IMG/VR virus record: IMGVR_UViG_3300017714_000004
Span: 1,893-65,892 of that record
Origin: a virus
Lineage: Duplodnaviria; Caudoviricetes
Strand: one strand, 5' to 3'
DNA: 64,000 nt
Both the position numbers and the translations under genes were made by a program. Positions 38,274-47,897 of the stretch are shown here, piece by piece (within the stretch, counting starts at the first letter, position 1; the number at the start of each line of letters is the position of its first letter). The notes beneath the pieces were generated by a model. That model saw nothing but the letters and a program-made list of their open reading frames with translations, did not search any database and was not told the origin of the DNA.

Positions 38274-40132
38274 TATTGTATAACCCTAGTTGCCCCTGCA
38301 TCTATATAACCAGTAGTCGACGATACACTCTCATCTAATGTTATGATGTAATTACGTAGTGGACTAATTGTGCTCTGGTTCGCAGGCACTGCTGATAATC
38401 GAATACCAGTTCCTACATAACCGTCCTTGTCAATACGTATTGAATTAAGTAGTATGGTTCCCTTCACTGGATCGTATGTGCCAATGTTATTAATCATGAC
38501 TGCGCCATCAAGGTCCAATAGTTGTAATTGAGTTGAACCCAATAGGTTTTTGATTACAACGTTCTTGCCATCTGATTTAAACACTGAAGAGTTTATTATA
38601 TGGTCATCCTTGTCTGGTTCTGCAAGCAAGAATGGGAATTTAATTGTGTGATCTTTTTCTATGTACGATAGTAGTGGTCTACCCAGCGCATTCTTTGATT
38701 CTTCGATTGCTTTAATCTGACTATCAAGGTCAATTCGTTGCTGTACCTTAACTGACATCTTAGAGTTAAGTATCGCAGAAGACAATGAATCTACCTGAGT
38801 TAATAGATTAGAACGACGGAAGACTGATTCAAATGTACCTAAAACGCTATCCATATAATCTCTAATGAATGCGTCGACTTGAGCCTGTAATGCTTCGGTA
38901 GAGGAAGGACTCTTTAGTGGGTCGATATTAAATACTGTAGTCAACTCTAAGAACGTCATCTCTGGTTCAACGAACTCTGTATCGATGGACATAATAGATA
39001 GGTTGGATGTCAGCTGGTCTTTGATATTCTGTTTAACTTCTTCTTCGACCGAAGGCGCTACTCCATCTAAGAAATTAAGACTGACAAATACCTTTCCGAA
39101 TTGTCGTGGTATATTATCATTACCACCCCATGCAATGACATCACGTATGAAGTTACCATAGTTTTTTGATATCAATGCAGTATAATCGTCTGCTGTAACT
39201 AATCTGTTCTGTGCGGCAAATGACCTAGGTGCGTTTAGTTTGATTGATTCTACGTTTTCTTTCTCTGCACCGCCACCACTTGCAGCGATAACTGATACCT
39301 GAATAGGTTGACCATCAACGGTAGTTGAAGTACTGAACACCTCTGCACCGTTTGCTTCTGAACCACGGGACGTGATATAAGTTACTTCTATTCGGTTACC
39401 AGCGCGTGGCGCAGTACCTAAGATATTACCGTCGCTAAAGAATAACTCGTACTGACCATTAGCAGTCTCTCGTAGAATGAATACTTTAGAGTCAGAGTTT
39501 ACTGTAGTAACATTGTTGATGTCAGAGAATCTCTGGAATCTGTTAGACAGATAGTTATCGTATACTTTAACATTAACAGTAGATACATCTAGCGTGTCGT
39601 CTGGCAGTACATATACACCACCTTCTTCACCGACAAGGAATGTCTTTGTTTTAGTAGATCCTTCCCGTACAGTTATTCGCGAATCATTAGAGAAGTCTTT
39701 GAATACGTAGTTCCCATTATCGAACTGTGCTGTGCATTGCTCTTGAGTAGTGAACGTATATACCGACGTACCCAAAGAAGAGGTGAACTCTGTACCGATA
39801 GGTAGAGACAATGAAGCAGGACCTGTAGTATGACCTACAATTGATAGTGATAGAATGGCAGACGATGCAGTACGTGACTTAGGAATGTAACCTAGTGACT
39901 CTGCATGTGATACAACCGATGATCGTAACTGTGCGGACCCAAGAAAGGATTCGTTAATCGCCATGTTGGCAACCAGACCATTGATATGTGTGTTGTGTGC
40001 CAATACATCTAGTATATTAGATAGACCACTTGCGGTAAAGTCGTAATCTTGAAATTCTGTTTGCTGTTCTAGATACGTTTGTAGTTGAGACTTTATCGAA
40101 AAGAAGTCTAACTCTGAATTTTGTATAGCCAT
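38273..40132 (-). CDS. 6: Baseplate wedge protein gp6
   Basis: LDFFSIKSQL...FQDYDFTASGLSNILDVLAHNTH...SAQLRSSVVSHA...AQNRLVTADDY. Confidence 0.95.
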   Translation of the reverse strand: MAIQNSELDFFSIKSQLQTYLEQQTEFQDYDFTASGLSNILDVLAHNTHINGLVANMAINESFLGSAQLRSSVVSHAESLGYIPKSRTASSAILSLSIVGHTTGPASLSLPIGTEFTSSLGTSVYTFTTQEQCTAQFDNGNYVFKDFSNDSRITVREGSTKTKTFLVGEEGGVYVLPDDTLDVSTVNVKVYDNYLSNRFQRFSDINNVTTVNSDSKVFILRETANGQYELFFSDGNILGTAPRAGNRIEVTYITSRGSEANGAEVFSTSTTVDGQPIQVSVIAASGGGAEKENVESIKLNAPRSFAAQNRLVTADDYTALISKNYGNFIRDVIAWGGNDNIPRQFGKVFVSLNFLDGVAPSVEEEVKQNIKDQLTSNLSIMSIDTEFVEPEMTFLELTTVFNIDPLKSPSSTEALQAQVDAFIRDYMDSVLGTFESVFRRSNLLTQVDSLSSAILNSKMSVKVQQRIDLDSQIKAIEESKNALGRPLLSYIEKDHTIKFPFLLAEPDKDDHIINSSVFKSDGKNVVIKNLLGSTQLQLLDLDGAVMINNIGTYDPVKGTILLNSIRIDKDGYVGTGIRLSAVPANQSTISPLRNYIITLDESVSSTTGYIDAGATRVIQ

Positions 40133-40582
40133 TTATCTGGTCCTTGCAATGTTTAAATTCAACGTAACAACTTTTTGGGTATTCACCACTTCAAAAACTA
40201 TAGTCACATCTAAGGAATTGCCGTCTGGATTTACCAAACTTCTAATGTTTTGTATCCTTGCTCTGGGTTCGAACTTCTCTAGGGCATAACTAATATTAGC
40301 ACTAACGTCCTCTACTTCTAAATCTGTAGATAGACTGAAAAGAAGATCGTATAGGTTAGCACCATAATATGGTCTGTATGGAAGTTCTCCATGATTAGTC
40401 ATAAGAAGATTCTTTACAGACTGCAATACCGCCGCGGCATCTGTCTTTTTATAGATGCCACCAGTAGGGGATGCTTCGAATGTACAGTCTATATCTGAAT
40501 AGGTACGAGTAACCGAAGTCGTAATCGGAGTCTTCTGTAAATTACCATCCTGTATAGAAAAATTTCTTTTTGCCGAACCCAT
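40133..40582 (-). CDS. 25: Baseplate wedge protein gp25
   Basis: YSDID...AVLQSVKNLLMTNHGELPYRPYYGANL...EKFEPR. Confidence 0.92.
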   Translation of the reverse strand: MGSAKRNFSIQDGNLQKTPITTSVTRTYSDIDCTFEASPTGGIYKKTDAAAVLQSVKNLLMTNHGELPYRPYYGANLYDLLFSLSTDLEVEDVSANISYALEKFEPRARIQNIRSLVNPDGNSLDVTIVFEVVNTQKVVTLNLNIARTR

Positions 40583-40614
40583 ATCGATTATCCATCGTTA
40601 TATACTTTTTCTAC

Positions 40615-40622
40615 TATTTATA
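40615..40622 (-). promoter_or_regulatory. T4-type late promoter
   Basis: TATTTATA on +, upstream of gp25. Confidence 0.8.
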
Positions 40623-40639
40623 CAGAAACTGAAGCCTTC

Positions 40640-42256
40640 TTATACAAGACCTTCAAGAAATTCCTGATATTCCTCTTCTGTCATATTATCAAAGTCGGGT
40701 ATATCATCATCACTGAGACTGGGAAGAGTAACTTGCGGTCTATCATGTGACGCGAGTATATCTCCCGTAAGGACAGGAGGCAACACTCCTAGTGCTGATA
40801 ATTTGTCTAAACCTGGCAGTGGGATCTCTAATGGAAGTCCTATCAACTCAAGTACGTCACAGAAAGTGAGAGTGAGGAAGTCTAGAAGTTTACCTAGACC
40901 AATTGCATCAAGGAACTTCTTAATCTTCTTCAACCATATGTTGAACAGTTCCTTCATAGTGATAATCTTCCAGTCTCTAGCCGCAGTACATATCTGGTTT
41001 ATCTTATCTTCGAGGCACTGCACCTTACCTTCGATCTCTCCACCCATGATATCTTGTATACTGATATCAAAAGGTGATGGTAAAGGTATTGACAATTCCA
41101 TAATCTGTGATACAATATCACCCTGCAACTTTGCTAGTTGATCTTCGAGTTCTTTCTGTGCATCAAAGTTATTGATCTTGTCTTCTATCTCTGTTGCCTT
41201 GTCCTTGGCGTCCTGTTCTAAGTCAGCGATTTCCTGTTCTACATCAAAGTTCTGTAGTTTTTCTATATCGCCCGTGATACGGTCCATCTCTTCTTGATAC
41301 TTTGCGACGACCTGATCTATAACTGCACGTACCCATGCTGCCATATCAAATGAGAGAGGGATAGGTAGATCGGGTAACCCTAATGCATCCCATATCTCCT
41401 TGAACATACCAATCAATTTATCTAATAGTTTGAAGAGCGACATTGTACACCACTCCATGATCTCATTCTTTATGTACGACCATGTAAGTTTTGCCTTCCA
41501 CTCTGCACACTCTACACCGAACTCACCATCAAAGTAACGATACTGCTCAGGTACAAGTGCATACACTGCATCAATGATCTGTGACCTTTGGTCTTCCAGC
41601 TCATCCATTGCAGAGTTATATGCGTCCTCTTGTAACTTACCGGATTCAAAATCTTGTTGCAATGTTTCTAGTTTTGTGGTATACTCTTCAGTGATACCAG
41701 CAATTTGTTGTTTAAGTTCCTCTTGGTATTCTGGTTCCATGATGCGTAATGCATCAATAGTTAATCCTAGCACCGGAACGGAAAACGATACAGGAACAAT
41801 CTTCGATATCATCTCCATCATCTTCACGGGAATGTAGATATGAAACTCTTGTACCAGTTCGGTGAATGCGTCCTCTGCCTCTTTCTCTAACTGCCGAACC
41901 TTACCCTTATCCCACCATGGCGTAAACAAGTCGGAGATAGTTTCAATAGTTTCTTCAATATCCTTGATTGTATCTTCTAACTCTGATATAATACCAAATG
42001 GATCTTCGCCATTCTCTAGTGCATCTATCTGTGCTTGAACCCGTGCACGTTCTTCTCCCACCTTCTCCTTCATCTCGTTCTCTAGATTCTGGATACGCTC
42101 GAGGGTTTCCCTAGTGTCCGTCTGCGCTTGGGTTTTCAGTTCTTCTATCTGCGCCTGTATGTCACTAGGTATCGCAGTGATCTGATTGAACATGTTGGTG
42201 AGGTCCGCCTTGGTTGGTAGACCTGAAGGTGGACATGGAAGAGCAATGGTTGTCAT
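40640..42256 (-). CDS. Hypothetical helical protein coupled to gp5 (538 aa)
   Basis: ORF overlaps the gp5 stop; acidic coiled coils alternate with amphipathic W/L-rich segments. Confidence 0.75.
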   Translation of the reverse strand: MTTIALPCPPSGLPTKADLTNMFNQITAIPSDIQAQIEELKTQAQTDTRETLERIQNLENEMKEKVGEERARVQAQIDALENGEDPFGIISELEDTIKDIEETIETISDLFTPWWDKGKVRQLEKEAEDAFTELVQEFHIYIPVKMMEMISKIVPVSFSVPVLGLTIDALRIMEPEYQEELKQQIAGITEEYTTKLETLQQDFESGKLQEDAYNSAMDELEDQRSQIIDAVYALVPEQYRYFDGEFGVECAEWKAKLTWSYIKNEIMEWCTMSLFKLLDKLIGMFKEIWDALGLPDLPIPLSFDMAAWVRAVIDQVVAKYQEEMDRITGDIEKLQNFDVEQEIADLEQDAKDKATEIEDKINNFDAQKELEDQLAKLQGDIVSQIMELSIPLPSPFDISIQDIMGGEIEGKVQCLEDKINQICTAARDWKIITMKELFNIWLKKIKKFLDAIGLGKLLDFLTLTFCDVLELIGLPLEIPLPGLDKLSALGVLPPVLTGDILASHDRPQVTLPSLSDDDIPDFDNMTEEEYQEFLEGLV

Positions 42257-42915
42257 CCCAACTTAACCTTGTTCCCTGCGCGTACTGTAACGGTATCTGT
42301 ACCTGTTACTGAGACATTCTTTGCAGACACCGTAGCCTTCTCTACTGCGTTAACCACAACATTCTCCCCTGCGATCGTAGCATTACCTACAACGGTAATA
42401 AGACAATTACCTTTCACGACAAGAGTATCGTCTACTTCAATGACGGTTATACGTGAACCATCTGGCTGTATCTCGTAATACGTATCCGATCTATGTTGTT
42501 CGCGGATACGTTCCTTGCCTTCAGTGTCGTCCCACTCTTTATAGTGACCACTATCTGTCTGATACACTTTGTTGTGTGGGTAGTTCTCTAGTGCCTTGGA
42601 GTTCGTGTCCCCTTCTTTAGGTACAGTACCAATCACCATAGGCAACTGAGAGTTCTGTCCGTCAAGGAATATACCGAACACCTGTGTACCCACGAGGATA
42701 CCTAGGTTCTGTCCTTTACCTTCGTGGACACCATGAGTAATAGGTACAACTATCTGTGCCCAAGGTAGGTCTGCGTCATCGATCTCATCGTATACACCGT
42801 ACACGTTGACCTTGACTCGACCCAACTGCAAAGGGTCATTCTCTATATCAACAACCCTGCCTAGGAACCAACGTGATTGGTCCCCATAAAATTCAATATA
42901 ATCTTTAGGTATCAT
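42253..42915 (-). CDS. 5: Baseplate hub/spike gp5 (OB fold plus short beta-helix, no lysozyme domain)
   Basis: WFLGRVVDIENDPLQLGRVKV...LPWAQ...VFGIFLDG...PMVIG; YPHNKVYQTDSGHYKEWDDTEGKERIREQHRS. Confidence 0.9.
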   Translation of the reverse strand: MIPKDYIEFYGDQSRWFLGRVVDIENDPLQLGRVKVNVYGVYDEIDDADLPWAQIVVPITHGVHEGKGQNLGILVGTQVFGIFLDGQNSQLPMVIGTVPKEGDTNSKALENYPHNKVYQTDSGHYKEWDDTEGKERIREQHRSDTYYEIQPDGSRITVIEVDDTLVVKGNCLITVVGNATIAGENVVVNAVEKATVSAKNVSVTGTDTVTVRAGNKVKLG

Positions 42916-44222
42916 TCTACATCACCTTCTGATAATTTCAAGCATGATAAAGATGCAGTGTACTCTTCCCTATTAAAGGAATGCTTTGCTGCGAATATTA
43001 AGAAATCCCCTGACTTTCTATTGTCGTAAAAGTAATCAGTATCTTCGGGTGCTTGGTTGCGCATGAACCTGACCGCAATCTTTCGTCCGGTAGTCATATG
43101 TGCAGTGCCATCCAGAAAATCTACTCCGTTGACTATGATTGACAGTGGATTGTTTTTAATTAGATTGTCGATAGCACGATTAATAGTGTTTAACTTATAG
43201 TGACCTTTCGCACTTTGGTGGTACGATGATTCTTCATCATACGCATCCGTTGAACCTACCTGTGTTATTGTCCTAGACGGAAACTCATTGAATGACTTAT
43301 TATCTACCTTGTACTCATCACTGTAATGGTACTTCGATTCTGGCATGATATCGATGACATCCTTCTGTACATCAAATACATAATGGTTCTTGAGTTCTTC
43401 GTCATCCTTCTTGGTAGGGTTCAAGTAATTGTACTCTGCACCAACTAACCCTTTCTTTATAAGAGATAGTAGGTTATCTGTATCAGAGAATTTGTATCCC
43501 TTGATAACTCTCCGGTGTGAAGGCATCAATGGATTACCAGTGGACATAAGTGCTTCACCATATGAGTATGGCATATCTGCATTAATGACGGGTGCTGATA
43601 TAAGTGTCTTTAGGTCGACGAACATTAGTTCATCGTTTACTAGGGTAGATAGAAGGTAAAACGGGTACCCTTCTGTGGTACACGACATGTTCTTAATCCA
43701 ACACATGGCTTCGATTGGTGTTAGGTTAGGTACAATCAACTTCATCTTCTTCTGTGTGTTATCAGTAGAAAGTAACTCTTTACCCAGAAAACTTGAAGAG
43801 ATGCCTTTAAGGATTTCGGATGGGTTATCGGAGTATGACTTATTGACGTTTATCAGACTGGATATAAATCCGATGTCTTCTATCAGGTGCAACACAAAGA
43901 ACTCAGAATTGTCATTTAGCTTGGTCGATGCTATGACGGTGTCTAGGTAGAATGTTTTGGAAACAGGTTCACTTTCATCTCGTGTGCTCTGTAATACTAC
44001 CTCTACCTTCTCACCCCCACCGATGTTAGCACTCGCCATGACATCCTTATCATCTGCGAAAGTAATCGCAGCGGTTAGATAAGGTTTATCGATGTGTTCA
44101 TAGATGTCTATGTTACTGACGTTAGCAGTGATATTGATAATCCGGTCACCGATTTTTTCGGACTGTATCGTGACGGACTGTATCGATACTGATTCAGCGG
44201 CATCTGTAGTTACGGAAGTCAT
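42912..44222 (-). CDS. Baseplate hub protein, gp27-like (436 aa)
   Basis: NIDIYEHIDKPYLTA...IVPNLTPIEAMCWI...SGDFLIFAAKHSF; located between gp53 and gp5. Confidence 0.65.
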   Translation of the reverse strand: MTSVTTDAAESVSIQSVTIQSEKIGDRIINITANVSNIDIYEHIDKPYLTAAITFADDKDVMASANIGGGEKVEVVLQSTRDESEPVSKTFYLDTVIASTKLNDNSEFFVLHLIEDIGFISSLINVNKSYSDNPSEILKGISSSFLGKELLSTDNTQKKMKLIVPNLTPIEAMCWIKNMSCTTEGYPFYLLSTLVNDELMFVDLKTLISAPVINADMPYSYGEALMSTGNPLMPSHRRVIKGYKFSDTDNLLSLIKKGLVGAEYNYLNPTKKDDEELKNHYVFDVQKDVIDIMPESKYHYSDEYKVDNKSFNEFPSRTITQVGSTDAYDEESSYHQSAKGHYKLNTINRAIDNLIKNNPLSIIVNGVDFLDGTAHMTTGRKIAVRFMRNQAPEDTDYFYDNRKSGDFLIFAAKHSFNREEYTASLSCLKLSEGDVE

Positions 44223-44938
44223 TATGATTTAATCGCTTTCATGAATGCACTGACCACAGTATTAATTGAATCTGGTTTGACTACTCGAATTTGCTTTAAA
44301 GAATCATTCGTTTTTTCATATTCTTCCAAGAAGGTTGTTTTGATAACGTCTTGAGGTATAGGTTCGTATGGGTTGATGTCCACACGTTCACCGTTTTTTG
44401 TATAGTGATGTGCTGAGAGATGTTCTGCAACAACTGCATCGACCGTGAAGTCCGGAAACACCAAACCTTTATCAACGTCCTCTATCAACTCTCCTACCGC
44501 AAAGGTGCCGTCTGTCTCTACCGTCAGTTGTCCTAAGTCCAAATCCTTGTATACGATTGTACCCACCGCCTCACTAGTGAACCCCCTGATAACCGTTCCT
44601 ACATTGAGGCGACTGGTCATATCAGCACGAAGGACTAGAGTAGTATTAGGATGGTTCTTCTTGGCAATCTTCACTAAATCCTTTTGGGACACTGGCCACC
44701 CCTGTTCCCTTAACTTAGGGTTCATTAGGTACAACACCCAATGTAACTGAGGATCATTGTACAGGGAGAATGCAACGTTATCAGCACGTTCACCATTTGC
44801 TATATAATAGTCTTGGTAGAACGATGTTGACAGTCTAACCTCATCCATCACTTCTGCGTATGCTGTTAGGTTGACTGCTACAGCGGACTCACCATTAAAG
44901 TTATAGTTGATCTTAGGAAATGATTTAAAATATGCCAT
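44222..44938 (-). CDS. 53: Baseplate wedge protein gp53
   Basis: YFKSFPKINY...GERADNVAFSLYNDPQLHWVLYLMN...WP...EYE..NDSLKQIRV. Confidence 0.9.
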   Translation of the reverse strand: MAYFKSFPKINYNFNGESAVAVNLTAYAEVMDEVRLSTSFYQDYYIANGERADNVAFSLYNDPQLHWVLYLMNPKLREQGWPVSQKDLVKIAKKNHPNTTLVLRADMTSRLNVGTVIRGFTSEAVGTIVYKDLDLGQLTVETDGTFAVGELIEDVDKGLVFPDFTVDAVVAEHLSAHHYTKNGERVDINPYEPIPQDVIKTTFLEEYEKTNDSLKQIRVVKPDSINTVVSAFMKAIKS

Positions 44939-46059
44939 TAGTAACCCTCAAAAATATCTTGCTTGTTCAATGTGGTCTCTTCAGTGAAGTTCAATGAGAG
45001 GTCGATTTCGACAGGTTCGCCATCACGATGGAATGCCATAGACGATGGGTTGAAGTTGGTAGTAATACTAGTTAGGTAACACGACTTTATCTTAGGTCCT
45101 ATAGCGAAGGAGCTTCCGTTTTCATCAACATATTCTGTTTTGATAATGAATGGGTGTGGATACTTGAATCCAACACTGATATCAGCGCCACTATCATCAC
45201 CCTTAAAGTTGATAGACTCCGGATAAGCATAGAATCGAAATCGTTTGATGATTGCACGTATCTCTGCTGCCTCTTTAGAGTTCTTTGCAATGAACTTGAA
45301 TTGGAAGGCAAACTGTCGTACCGCAACACCACGGAATAAGGTACGAATGTTAGGGTCAGCGGTTACACGTAATGCCGCAGCTGCTCCGTCCCCTACTTCG
45401 GTAGGTCCACGTTTTGCTAGTTTAGCAAGACCTAGTTTTCCTAAACTGTTTGCTCCTGTCTGACTAGTACCCTTGAATAGGTCAATAAAGTCTCCAAGTG
45501 CATTACCAAGTATATCCCCTGCACCACCATTCGCACCCTCTAGTGCGCTACCCAAGAGTGCACCTGCCGAACCTAGACTAGGACTATCATAAGTAAGGGT
45601 GTCCGTGGATCCGAATGAAATAGGTAGATAGACCGATATCTTCTTGGTAGTTAATGGCATATTAACACCAGGCGATATAGTAAGAGGTTTATTATCACCA
45701 TCAGCAGTAGGTGGATCGGTTTCCTTTGTACCAGAGTCTTCATTCTCTCCAGTGTTTTCTGTCGGAGCATCTTTCTTCGGTGCAACGTCCTCGCCTTTGG
45801 TAATGGACACCACGCCCTTTCCAAAAGCTTTGAGAACATCTCCTAATGATTGACTTCCGTCCAGCTTAGGACCTGTGATCAACTGAGGGACAAAAGTAAC
45901 CTTTGCTCCATATCTGTTAGTATCGGATATAGGATACACCAAAGGTTTGTGTGCAGTACCATCGTCGGACGCCTTAGAATCGGTCTTAGACGTTTTGATA
46001 GTAGATATCTGCTCTGCCGGAGTCGCTGGGTCACTTATTGTGTTTTCTTCATCTGCCAT
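44938..46059 (-). CDS. 48: Baseplate tail-tube cap gp48
   Basis: ISVYLP...DPNIRTLFRGVAVRQFAFQFKFIAKNSKEA...YPHPF...CYLTSITTNF...IDLSLNFTE. Confidence 0.85.
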   Translation of the reverse strand: MADEENTISDPATPAEQISTIKTSKTDSKASDDGTAHKPLVYPISDTNRYGAKVTFVPQLITGPKLDGSQSLGDVLKAFGKGVVSITKGEDVAPKKDAPTENTGENEDSGTKETDPPTADGDNKPLTISPGVNMPLTTKKISVYLPISFGSTDTLTYDSPSLGSAGALLGSALEGANGGAGDILGNALGDFIDLFKGTSQTGANSLGKLGLAKLAKRGPTEVGDGAAAALRVTADPNIRTLFRGVAVRQFAFQFKFIAKNSKEAAEIRAIIKRFRFYAYPESINFKGDDSGADISVGFKYPHPFIIKTEYVDENGSSFAIGPKIKSCYLTSITTNFNPSSMAFHRDGEPVEIDLSLNFTEETTLNKQDIFEGY

Positions 46060-46076
46060 GGTCTGTAACCTATGTT

Positions 46077-46101
46077 TATAAATACTTTGATACTATTTAT
46101 A
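46077..46101. promoter_or_regulatory. Pair of opposed late promoters at the strand switch
   Basis: TATAAATA on + at 46077-46084 and on - at 46094-46101. Confidence 0.85.
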
Positions 46102-46122
46102 CAGAAACGATGAAGATATAAA

Positions 46123-46722
46123 ATGAATCTAGTAGACGACAGTAAGTTCCTGACCGAAGGTTGGTCATATGATGAAGGGCACGTATTGCCTGACGCTACT
46201 AGTTGTAGAATCATCCATATCATATTGAAGATGACACGTTCTAGAAACGTGTTGGAAATAGGGTTCAATTATGGACACAGCGCATTCACGTTTCTAAATG
46301 TAGATACCAATGTCAAGTATCATTCGGTAGACATAGGGCAACACGAGTACACCTTGGTGAATGCTAATAAGCTCAAAGAAATGTATCCTGATAGGTTCGT
46401 GTTCAGTCACATGAGTTCTCACGATTTGGAACCACGTACCCTCGACCTATACGATATGGTGTTCGTTGATGGTGACCATAGCATCGAAGGTATGTCAAAG
46501 GACTTGAACCTATGCAACGAAGCAAGGGTCGAGTACATTCTATTTGATGATTACGTCAGTAGTCTATCGATGGACGAAAGAGTAGAGTCGCCGAACCCCA
46601 AGAGATTGATACATCATTACCTGTCCAAACCAGACTTTCCTTACAAGAAAGTACATGATTTCGCTTATCCTTCTAGTGACAGGGTCAACCACATGGTGTT
46701 ATTAAAACGTGAAGACATATAA
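46123..46722 (+). CDS. Class I SAM-dependent methyltransferase (Methyltransf_24-like)
   Basis: VLEIGFNYGHSA (motif I), SVDI, YDMVFVDGDHS and ILFDDY. Confidence 0.85.
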   Translation: MNLVDDSKFLTEGWSYDEGHVLPDATSCRIIHIILKMTRSRNVLEIGFNYGHSAFTFLNVDTNVKYHSVDIGQHEYTLVNANKLKEMYPDRFVFSHMSSHDLEPRTLDLYDMVFVDGDHSIEGMSKDLNLCNEARVEYILFDDYVSSLSMDERVESPNPKRLIHHYLSKPDFPYKKVHDFAYPSSDRVNHMVLLKREDI

Positions 46723-47227
46723 AGGACGGTACAAACCAAAGAACCCAGCCAAGTATGCTGGGGATGTAGACAATGTCGTCTACCGTTCGGGTTGGGAACG
46801 ACATGTTATGAAATGGTGTGACGACAGTCTGGACGTGGTACAATGGATGTCCGAAGAGTTGGTCATCCCTTACATCTGTGAGACTGATAAGAAGCCACAT
46901 CGATACTTCATGGACTTCGTCATCAAGTACAAGTCTGGACGTGTTGTACTGGTCGAGGTCAAACCCCACAAGCAGACCCTACGTCCTGAACGCAAGCAGG
47001 GAAAGTCCCGTCACACTCTATTGAATGAGGGTATGACCTACATCAAGAACCAATCCAAGTGGAAGGCAGCATCCGAATATGCGAAGGATAGAGGGTACCA
47101 CTTTGAGATCTGGACAGAGAACGAACTCACCGCTATGGGTATCATGCCCAAGTCTACCCAACGTATGCGTACCAAGAAACCGTTAAAGAAATTACCCCCC
47201 TTTCGTAGTAAAAAGAAGAGCCGTTGA
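46709..47227 (+). CDS. 4: Head completion protein gp4
   Basis: YKGRYKPKNPAKYAGD...VVYRSGWE...WMSEELVIPY...HRYFMDF...EVKP...NQSKWKAA; GTG start. Confidence 0.92.
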   Translation: MKTYKGRYKPKNPAKYAGDVDNVVYRSGWERHVMKWCDDSLDVVQWMSEELVIPYICETDKKPHRYFMDFVIKYKSGRVVLVEVKPHKQTLRPERKQGKSRHTLLNEGMTYIKNQSKWKAASEYAKDRGYHFEIWTENELTAMGIMPKSTQRMRTKKPLKKLPPFRSKKKSR

Positions 47228-47276
47228 TTAATCAACAAATAAAGAGTTGACTAGTCAACAAAATAACGTATAAATA
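47223..47276 (+). promoter_or_regulatory. Two 14-bp palindromes followed by a late promoter
   Basis: GTTGATTAATCAAC (47223-47236), GTTGACTAGTCAAC (47246-47259) and TATAAATA (47269-47276). Confidence 0.7.
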
Positions 47277-47303
47277 GAAGTAAGAATTTTAACGGATACT
47301 TCG

Positions 47304-47894
47304 ATGTCTAACATATTCCAAAGATTAGAACTACAAGCGTTCCGTGCCGGTATTACACCGCGCACGAAAGAGTCCCGTGATTGGTTTCGTAAAAAGATCA
47401 AGAACATGCGTAGTATCAAACGTGAATCATTGATGAAAGAAGACCCGTTGAAGCAAACGAGTAAAGAGATCGTCGGTGGTATGTACATGTTCTTCTACGA
47501 TCCTAAACATAAGGATACGCTACCGTACTATGATACATTTCCATTGGTCATTGTAGTGGGTCCAGCAGAAGGTGGGTTCTATGGGTTGAACCTACATTAT
47601 CTACCTCCTATCCTACGTGCTAAGATGCTGGACGCATTGATGGACATTACATCGAATACTAAATTCAACGACTCTACACGATTCAAGATGTCGTATGAGT
47701 TGTTGGTCAAGTCAAGTAAGTTGAAGTACTTTCAACCATGTTTCAAGCACTACCTGAACGAACACGTGCAGAGTAAGTTTTCTATGGTACCGGCACCGGA
47801 ATGGGAGATTGCTACCTTCTTACCGACCGCAGACTTCCGTAAGGCAAACTCTAAGAAAGTATACTACGACTCCAAGAAAATGATAGGCGATTAA
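47304..47894 (+). CDS. 2: DNA end protector protein gp2
   Basis: MYMFFYDPKHKDTLPYYDTFPL...GLNLHYLPP..RA...CFKHYL...FLPTADF. Confidence 0.93.
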   Translation: MSNIFQRLELQAFRAGITPRTKESRDWFRKKIKNMRSIKRESLMKEDPLKQTSKEIVGGMYMFFYDPKHKDTLPYYDTFPLVIVVGPAEGGFYGLNLHYLPPILRAKMLDALMDITSNTKFNDSTRFKMSYELLVKSSKLKYFQPCFKHYLNEHVQSKFSMVPAPEWEIATFLPTADFRKANSKKVYYDSKKMIGD

Positions 47895-47897
47895 TCG

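Noticed and set aside
46709-47227. TnsA transposase or homing endonuclease
   Set aside because: Sequence and position next to gene 2 match T4 gp4, which shares that nuclease fold; there are no transposon ends.
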